A DNA stretch of 64,000 nucleotides, taken from an uncultured delta proteobacterium (GTDB taxonomy: Bacteria > Desulfobacterota > Syntrophia > Syntrophales > UBA2185). Within the stretch, counting starts at the first letter, position 1; the number at the start of each line of letters is the position of its first letter. The stretch covers positions 224,001 to 288,000 of the forward strand of contig CAVSPA010000007.1 of the NCBI GenBank assembly GCA_963729715.1. The letters are read 5' to 3'. A program made the position numbers and the translations under genes. Below the pieces are notes generated by a model, which saw only the letters and a program-made list of their open reading frames with translations, had not been told where the DNA came from and made no database searches. Positions 57,240 through 64,000 of this stretch are shown here, in pieces.

Positions 57240-57749
57240 ATGAAAGCGTCACTTACCCTATCCTTCATCATCGCGGTAATATTGCTGACAGGACAAGCCG
57301 GATTTGCGGATAGCAAGACGGCTCTCGAGCAACTTCAGCAAACAAAGAAGTGTCAGGCCTGCGATCTGTCACTCATGGACTTTTCCGGCGCTAACCTCGC
57401 TGGCGTAGATCTGGCAGGCGCAGATGTATCAGCCACAGACCTTTCCGGCGCTGATCTCACTGGTGCAGATCTGACAAGTGCAACACTCGCCGGAGCAGAC
57501 CTTTCCGGTGCAAACCTGTCCTTCACAAAATTTCGTGATGCAAGCTTGGCCAAGGCAAACCTGTCCAATGCGAATCTGACCTCCGCAGACCTGTCCGGCG
57601 CGGACATGAGAGATGCAAATCTGTCCGGCGCGGACCTGGTCGATGCTACTGTGAACGGTACATACTTAACAGACGCGGACCTATCAGGCGCTGTCTGGAT
57701 TGATGGGACTAAGTGTCAGGACGGCTCCAGCGGCGATTGCTTGAAGTAA
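57240..57749 (+). CDS. secreted pentapeptide-repeat protein
   Basis: Signal peptide; CQACDL; tandem A(D/N)LSG repeats. Confidence 0.88.
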   Translation: MKASLTLSFIIAVILLTGQAGFADSKTALEQLQQTKKCQACDLSLMDFSGANLAGVDLAGADVSATDLSGADLTGADLTSATLAGADLSGANLSFTKFRDASLAKANLSNANLTSADLSGADMRDANLSGADLVDATVNGTYLTDADLSGAVWIDGTKCQDGSSGDCLK

Positions 57750-57804
57750 ATTCCATCCGCTCGATCCTCGTTCAAAATCAGTCTGAGGCAGATCAATATA
57801 TAGT

Positions 57805-58713
57805 TCACTTTTCCGCCCGTCGATTTCTCAAGAAAGCAATGGCGCCCAGGAGTCCTATTCCTGAAAGGATTAAAATGATGCCAAGGCCCTCGCGCAAAGA
57901 CGGGATTTCGCTGAGCTGAATGCGGGCGGAGATAAGGGCAAGCACCGGAGTAACGAGAGTTCCCATCGTCGCCATCCCTGCCTGAAGCTTATCCAGTATA
58001 TAAAACCAGAGCAGGAATGCAATGACGCATACAAGAATGATATTATATAGCAGGGCGACAATGAATACGGGGGTCCACTGGATGGGAGGCGACGGTATCA
58101 AAATGGAAATAATTATAAGAGGCACTGTGCCGTAAATCATCTGCCAGGTCGTAACCGACAGAACGTCAAATTCAGGATCACGCTTCATTATCCTGGTGAT
58201 GATGGCGCTTCCCGCCCATGATATTCCCGCTATCACCGCAAGGATACTCGACCAGAGGTTTACTCCGATGGCATCGACGGCAACAATCAGCGCAAGTCCT
58301 ACGAAAGCTAGAATTACGGCCAGCCATTCAAGGCCCCTTATCCTTTCGCCCAGTATAGGCCAGGCGAGGAGAATAGTCCAGAACGGCATCGTATAAAGGA
58401 GCACTGCCGTCTTCCCCGCAGCGCCGCCTGCGAGAGCCCACAAAGGAACGCCGGAACCCACAGTCGTGGAAAGAAAACCCAGAAGAAGTGTCCATTTCAC
58501 CTGCCGCGGACGCCAATCTTCCTTAGTCCAGACTAGTATAACGAAAAGGCAGATAGCTGCCGGTAATATCCGGATAGCGGCAAACACAAATGGATCGCAG
58601 AAACGGAGGCCCTCCTTCATGACTACCCAGTTATAGCCCCAGATGGCGCTCATGACTGCGAGGGCAAGAACGGGTTTCCCGGTGGTGGTTTCGGAGGTTG
58701 TCTTGGGGCACAT
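57805..58713 (-). CDS. DMT/EamA family transporter
   Basis: IWGYNWVVMK, YTMPFW, LGERI; about 10 TM. Confidence 0.88.
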   Translation of the reverse strand: MCPKTTSETTTGKPVLALAVMSAIWGYNWVVMKEGLRFCDPFVFAAIRILPAAICLFVILVWTKEDWRPRQVKWTLLLGFLSTTVGSGVPLWALAGGAAGKTAVLLYTMPFWTILLAWPILGERIRGLEWLAVILAFVGLALIVAVDAIGVNLWSSILAVIAGISWAGSAIITRIMKRDPEFDVLSVTTWQMIYGTVPLIIISILIPSPPIQWTPVFIVALLYNIILVCVIAFLLWFYILDKLQAGMATMGTLVTPVLALISARIQLSEIPSLREGLGIILILSGIGLLGAIAFLRNRRAEK

Positions 58714-58901
58714 GGTTGGCAAACTTAGGAGATCGCGCCCGTCCTGTCAAGTAATTCTATCACACCAAAGAAGGACGAGCGCCATTTGAACTGGCAGTCA
58801 TGGAGACAACATCTTCAGATGTCCGTCGAACGGACGGCGCCGGTGTACGCGCCGTCCGCGAATCGCGCTAAGACCAGATGTTGCCGTGCGGCATGTTTCT
58901 C

Positions 58902-60239
58902 TCAGCGCGGTAACGGTTTGCCCTTTGTCTCCGGCAGAAAGAAGCACGCTGCAAGACCCAAGAAGTAGATCATGCCCAGGCTCATCGCAGCCGTACTTAT
59001 GCCGCCGAAGCTCTTGATGATCGAGGCCGCCACAATAGGACCCATGAAAGCTATAAGTCGGGTGGCGTTAAAGATGAAGCTCGCGGCGGTGGAGCGTACG
59101 GCCGTAGAGAACAACTCCGGGAGATAGATGGCAAACCATGAATACTGCCCGAGCGTAAAGAATCCATTGATTGCCGCCGCAATGAGCACCGCTTGCAGAT
59201 CATGCGTCCAGACGTATGTAATCGGCGTCAGAATAAGTGAACCGATGAAAAGGAATGCGAGGTATTTCCGGCGTCCCATCCAGTCTGCCAGAAAGCCCGA
59301 TACCAGATAGCCGGCGATGGCGCCGGCGTTGTAGATCATGCCCGCCGTGCTTCCCCAGTACGCCAGGTTCTGATATCCTTCTGACTTGGCAATGGATGCC
59401 ACATACCCGGGGAGAAAGGATGATATTGCATACCAGCCCACCATGGTGGTCAATGACATGGCGAATGTGAGCAGCACGCGGCGGCGGCTCTCGGGCGCCT
59501 GGAAGATCTCAGTCAGCGTGAAGGGTCGCTTTGCCTGCGGCCCCGATACTTCTGAATCCACCTCTGTCGCAGCCCAGCGCTTCTCGCGCACCGTGTCGAT
59601 CCAGCGCTGCGACTCATCAATCTTCCTTCTGATGTAGAATACGAAAAATGCCGGCATAACGCCGACGACAAACAACCATCGCCAGGCCTGCGCCCCCAGC
59701 GGGTGCACGAGGTACCACACGAGCGAAGCGAGGAATGTCCCGAAGCCGAATCCGGACTGCATGAAGCCGGCCCCTTTGGGACGGGCGCGATCGGGCCATG
59801 TTTCAGCAATCAATGTCGCTCCCGTGCTCCATTCGCTTCCCATGGCCAGACCGGTAAGAAACCGCAATGCGATCAGCGATTCCACGCTCCAGCTCAAAGC
59901 GGTCAACCCGGTAAAAAATGCATAGCCGAGAATCGAGTAGATCATCATCCGCTTGCGCCCGATATAATCGGTTATTGTACCGCCGATCACACCGCCCACA
60001 CCCCAGCCGAGCAGGGTGACGCCGATGGTCAGCCCTGCGTAAGCCCCCAACTGAGAGCGAGCCTCAGGCGGAAGCAGAGTGGTCAGGATGGGTCCAATCG
60101 CCACGATGAGTGCGAAGGTTTCGTACCCGTCAAAGATCCATCCGAGAAAACTTGCCCACAGCACGCGCCAATGTTTGGGGGTGAGTCCCTGATACCATGA
60201 GCCTGTCTCGACTGATGTTGCAACTGCACTGCCGGTCAT
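58902..60239 (-). CDS. MFS transporter (carboxylate/sialate-type)
   Basis: GWIFDGYE, DYIGRKR, RFLTGLAMGSEW, YLPELF, LPETKG. Confidence 0.88.
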   Translation of the reverse strand: MTGSAVATSVETGSWYQGLTPKHWRVLWASFLGWIFDGYETFALIVAIGPILTTLLPPEARSQLGAYAGLTIGVTLLGWGVGGVIGGTITDYIGRKRMMIYSILGYAFFTGLTALSWSVESLIALRFLTGLAMGSEWSTGATLIAETWPDRARPKGAGFMQSGFGFGTFLASLVWYLVHPLGAQAWRWLFVVGVMPAFFVFYIRRKIDESQRWIDTVREKRWAATEVDSEVSGPQAKRPFTLTEIFQAPESRRRVLLTFAMSLTTMVGWYAISSFLPGYVASIAKSEGYQNLAYWGSTAGMIYNAGAIAGYLVSGFLADWMGRRKYLAFLFIGSLILTPITYVWTHDLQAVLIAAAINGFFTLGQYSWFAIYLPELFSTAVRSTAASFIFNATRLIAFMGPIVAASIIKSFGGISTAAMSLGMIYFLGLAACFFLPETKGKPLPR

Positions 60240-60378
60240 TGCTCGCACCTCCTTTTCTTAGGTAAAGAAAATTATAATAACAATTTAATTTGACAGTAAG
60301 GTTCTGTCAATAAAATGTTTGAAAGACATTCCCGCGAATGCCGCCTATTAATAGGAGAAGGCCGGAAACGAAACCCAG

Positions 60379-62046
60379 CTAAGATTTGCCTTCTCTTTTC
60401 TTCGCCTCCATATCCCGGAGTTCCCTGCGCAGAATTTTCCCTACGACGCTCTTGGGAAGGGCGGCGATGAACTCAACCAGCTTAGGTACTTTGTATCCCG
60501 CAAGCTTTTCTTTGCAGAAGTCAATGACCTCTTCCGCCGTCAGGGTTTGGCCCGGCTTTGTAACAACAAAAACCTTTACGGTCTCTCCGCGATAGGCATC
60601 GGGAACGCCGATGGTGCATACTTCCAGAATCTTCGGATGCGTGATCAGCAACTCGTCGATCTCTTTGGGATATACATTGAAGCCGCTCGCATTGATGACA
60701 TCCTTCTTGCGGTCCACAATGGTGACATATCCGTCCTCGTCGATGAAACCGACGTCGCCTGTCTTGAGCCAGCCGTCTTCCATGACTATCGCCGTTTCTT
60801 CCGGTCTCTTGTAATAGCCCGTCATGACCTGAGGGCCTTTGAAGCATATCTCACCGATCTCGCCAATCTTAAGCTCCTTCTTCCCTGTATCGAGGTCCAC
60901 GATTCTCAGATCCGTGCTCGGCAGGGGGACGCCTACAGTTTCCGGTTTTTCCTTTCCACCCCAGGGGGTGGCTGTCCCCATGGGAGTGATTTCCGTCAAT
61001 CCGTATACATTGATCAAGGGCACGTTCCGGACTTTCTTCAGCTTCTCGATGGTATCTATGGCCATGGGAGCGGCGCCGGTGATATAGACCTTCACAAAGG
61101 AGAGATCCATGTGGACAAATTTTTCATTATTCAACAGGGCGACAAAAATCGTGGAAACGCCCGGCAGCAAGGTCGGCTTGAACTTATCGATGAGGTCGAG
61201 GATCTGGCCGGGCTCCGGCCTGGGAACCAGGATATCCACCCACGCGGCATAGACACAGGTATTGTGCATACCCGTCCAGCCTGCCGCGTGAAAAAATGGA
61301 TAAATGGCGAGCATTCTCTCTTCACCGTCCTTTCCGGCGCTGAACCACGTACGGAATTGTTGCGTGTTGAAAGAAATATTGGCATGGCTCAGCATGGCCG
61401 CCTTGCTGATCCCCGTCGTGCCTCCTGTATAGATGAGGGCGCCCAGATCGTTGAGTGTCGCCATATTACGGACGGGTGTGTCGCTTTCGCTTTGGGCATT
61501 GAGCAAATCCATGAAATGGTATACCCCCTCTTGGGGCGCAACGTCCGCCGGCGGGAACGCGGGTTTGAGCTGCGGCGGAAGATAATCACAGAGAGAACAG
61601 AGGATGACTTTTTTTACCTGCGTCTTTTCCTGCAGTTTCTTGGCTACGGGGAACATCACATCGAGGGTAACGAGGAATGTAGAATTTGAATCATTCAATT
61701 GATAGGAAAGCTCGGTCTCCGTATAAAGGGGATTGTTCATCACCGTAACTGCGCCTATGCGGAATGCGGCAAAATCAGCAATCACGATCTGTGGAATATT
61801 GGGAAGAACCATGGCCACCTTGTCGCCTTTTTTCACGCCCAGTGAAAGAAGCACTTTCGCAAACCTGTTGACGAGGTTTTCGAGTTCCTGATAGGTGATC
61901 TCTGTGCCCATGAAAATGAGGGCCGCATGGTTCGGGAATTTCCTGGCAGTCCGGGTGAGAACTTCAGGCATGGTCATTTTCTCAAACTGGATTTCCGGAG
62001 GTATGCCGGCCGGATAATTCTTGTGCCATATCCTCGTAAAGCTCAT
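60379..62046 (-). CDS. long-chain fatty acid--CoA ligase (FadD-like)
   Basis: YTGGTTGISK, YGLTE, GWLKTGD, DRKKD...SGFNVYP, LPKSVVGK. Confidence 0.92.
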   Translation of the reverse strand: MSFTRIWHKNYPAGIPPEIQFEKMTMPEVLTRTARKFPNHAALIFMGTEITYQELENLVNRFAKVLLSLGVKKGDKVAMVLPNIPQIVIADFAAFRIGAVTVMNNPLYTETELSYQLNDSNSTFLVTLDVMFPVAKKLQEKTQVKKVILCSLCDYLPPQLKPAFPPADVAPQEGVYHFMDLLNAQSESDTPVRNMATLNDLGALIYTGGTTGISKAAMLSHANISFNTQQFRTWFSAGKDGEERMLAIYPFFHAAGWTGMHNTCVYAAWVDILVPRPEPGQILDLIDKFKPTLLPGVSTIFVALLNNEKFVHMDLSFVKVYITGAAPMAIDTIEKLKKVRNVPLINVYGLTEITPMGTATPWGGKEKPETVGVPLPSTDLRIVDLDTGKKELKIGEIGEICFKGPQVMTGYYKRPEETAIVMEDGWLKTGDVGFIDEDGYVTIVDRKKDVINASGFNVYPKEIDELLITHPKILEVCTIGVPDAYRGETVKVFVVTKPGQTLTAEEVIDFCKEKLAGYKVPKLVEFIAALPKSVVGKILRRELRDMEAKKREGKS

Positions 62047-62306
62047 GATAGCCCTCCTTCATATGGACATTCGAACGCTTTTTGACATTGATAAGATATT
62101 TATTTTTTACAGGTGGAGAATAAGGGTCTCGGCGCTTGTATGTCAAGAGAGTTTTTCTAAAAAATGCAGCGAGCGCTACTGTAACACCGGAACATGCGAT
62201 AATTAATCGTATTGATTCCCATATTCTTCATTTGAAAAACCTGGTAATTTATGTAAGAATCCAGATAGAAATTCGCAACAACTTTCAAGAACTGTAAATA
62301 TCAAAT

Positions 62307-62870
62307 ATGTTTTTCATTGACTATCTCGCAAAAAAGCCAACCCCATTCATTTGGACTATCGCCCTTCTGCTAAATTTGATTATCGGCGTCATTGATTATT
62401 TAACGGGTTACGAAATAGGGATGGAAGTATTTTATTTAATGCCTATCTGTCTTTTATCCTGGCTTGTCAATAGAAGAACAGGAATTATTATGTCGGTTAT
62501 CAGCACAGCAACGCTCATGACTGCAAATCTTCTTGCCGGAAAAAATATTGTGAATTATTTTATTTATTATTGGAATATTTTTGTCCATTTCGGTTTCTTC
62601 ATAGTCGTTGTTTGCTTGATATCTGCGGAGAAAATTATTTCGGATAATAACGAGATGCTCATAGACAAACTTCAGAAGTCCATTGAAGAGATAAAAACAC
62701 TGAGCGGATTGTTGCCCATGTGTTCCGCCTGCAAGAAGATTCGTGATGATGATGGCTACTGGAAGCAGATAGAGCATTACATCAGTGAGTATACGGATGC
62801 AAGATTCAGCCACAGCATTTGTCCGGACTGCAAGGAAAAACTATATCCCGGATTCGGAAAGAACAAGTAA
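62307..62870 (+). CDS. 4-TM membrane protein with coiled coil and C-terminal CxxC...HxxCxxC domain
   Basis: IDYLTG; TLSGLLPMCSACKKIRDDDGYW...FSHSICPDC. Confidence 0.75.
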   Translation: MFFIDYLAKKPTPFIWTIALLLNLIIGVIDYLTGYEIGMEVFYLMPICLLSWLVNRRTGIIMSVISTATLMTANLLAGKNIVNYFIYYWNIFVHFGFFIVVVCLISAEKIISDNNEMLIDKLQKSIEEIKTLSGLLPMCSACKKIRDDDGYWKQIEHYISEYTDARFSHSICPDCKEKLYPGFGKNK

Positions 62871-62960
62871 ACGAGTTTAAGGCCGCACAGAAGAAGTCGT
62901 CAAAAAATAATCTACAGGGAATGGCTTTCCGGAAGCCAATGGAAGGATGGGGAAAAATCA

Positions 62961-62995
62961 GATGCCGATGCCTTTAAGAAAAAGGCATCGGCATC
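62961..62995. terminator. hairpin between convergent genes
   Basis: GATGCCGATGCCTTT-N5-AAAGGCATCGGCATC. Confidence 0.7.
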
Positions 62996-63042
62996 AAAGA
63001 TTAACTGGTTAGCTGTTTGTTGTCCTGACCGATCCCTTATTA

Positions 63043-63369
63043 CTAAAAGTTCAATATGCCGTCTTCCATTAACTCAACTACTTCTTTGTGGCCTCTTTTC
63101 GCCAGGCTTGAGTCATTATATTCTTTCATATAATAAGAATGCTCTACATCGCTCTTGCCATTCTTATCACACTTATAGACATGTGTTACATATTGCCGTG
63201 GGGAGACGGAATTTCCGTTTATGCTCTTGTATATTGGATCTGACTTATCCTGCCATACACGGCTTGTCGATACACAGTAATATTCCCAGGGCCACCACTT
63301 TGCTACGATTGCACAATCAACCTGTGGGAGTTCCGGCCAGAGAGTATCAAGCACCCAACGCGCTTTCAT
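63043..63369 (-). CDS. hypothetical protein
   Basis: 108-aa ORF filling the gap; no recognised motif. Confidence 0.5.
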   Translation of the reverse strand: MKARWVLDTLWPELPQVDCAIVAKWWPWEYYCVSTSRVWQDKSDPIYKSINGNSVSPRQYVTHVYKCDKNGKSDVEHSYYMKEYNDSSLAKRGHKEVVELMEDGILNF

Positions 63370-63481
63370 TATAATTTTCAGGACCTCTCATGTTAGATAA
63401 GCAGATACGGTTTTATAAAAGAACGGCACTCCCTCACATGGTAAACCATATAGGAGCGACTCTTTCTTTCCGATCATGAAC

Positions 63482-63682
63482 TTATAGGAGTTTCACGTTT
63501 TCCGCTGCCGGGCCTTTTGCACCCTGCGTAACATCAAAACTGACACGCTGGCCTTCACTCAGCGTCTTAAAACCTTCAACCTGAATAGCGCTGTGATGAA
63601 CAAATACATCACCACCGTCATCCTTTTCAATGAATCCAAAGCCCTTACGTTCATTAAACCATTTTACTTTACCTTCTGGCAT
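63482..63682 (-). CDS. cold-shock protein (CspA family)
   Basis: [33 protein letters not shown]. Confidence 0.95.
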   Translation of the reverse strand: MPEGKVKWFNERKGFGFIEKDDGGDVFVHHSAIQVEGFKTLSEGQRVSFDVTQGAKGPAAENVKLL

Positions 63683-64000
63683 CGCTTTCATCCTCCTTTC
63701 TCGAAATTTTATTAAGTCGGATTTCCACAATGACAGAAAGAAAAAACCACCAAGACTAAGAAAAGCTTGGTGGCCATCTTTGCGCTTCAAAATGTTATAT
63801 CCAAACTTATGTCCTTTTATTTATATATGATTCCATTTGGCGGAAGTCAAGGATTATTATTTAATTGATCGTGATTTGGATGTAAAGAAAGCAGCGTCCC
63901 TCTGGCAGGCATTATGTCTTATCCGAACTCAGGGCCGAGGGAGGCGCAAAGCAACTCTACTTGCCCGGCATACCTGTTTGTTCCGCGGAACATCCTGGTC

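Noticed and set aside
57380..57700. 15-bp periodic repeats
   Set aside because: Explained by pentapeptide repeat coding
60547..61689. 380-aa + strand ORF
   Set aside because: Antisense shadow of the fatty acid-CoA ligase

Overview
Bacterial chromosomal window, most likely from an anaerobic deltaproteobacterium (Desulfobacterota, Syntrophales-like). This is inferred from gene content: a HesB-type selenoprotein, PilT/PilU, many acyl-CoA enzymes and Cys-rich Fe-S proteins. Most of the window is housekeeping genes plus a large CoA-dependent catabolic cluster (about 27.4-48.4 kb). The main accessory feature is a compact 5.8-kb integrative element (2588-8392) inserted in the 3' end of tRNA-Ala(CGC). 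It carries a P4-type integrase, an AlpA-like regulator, an RHH protein and a second intact tyrosine recombinase. That recombinase lies downstream of about 1 kb of mostly non-coding DNA rich in hairpins and repeats. Nested in the island is a non-autonomous IS1595-like cassette (inverted repeats, 8-bp target duplication, decayed transposase start) carrying a TolB-like lipoprotein gene. The distal att copy differs from the tRNA at exactly U70, the alanine identity base. Other notable items: a UGA-Sec HesB gene missed by the ORF track; an IS256 with a 9-bp duplication inside a gene that is also frameshifted; an IS200/IS605-type miniature element; an Ltp3/Ltp4/DUF35-like module; an AbfD-like enzyme with substituted catalytic residues; duplicated BKACE genes; and a structured leader before the deoxyhypusine-synthase-like gene. 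All family assignments come from motif recognition by eye; no database searches were run.
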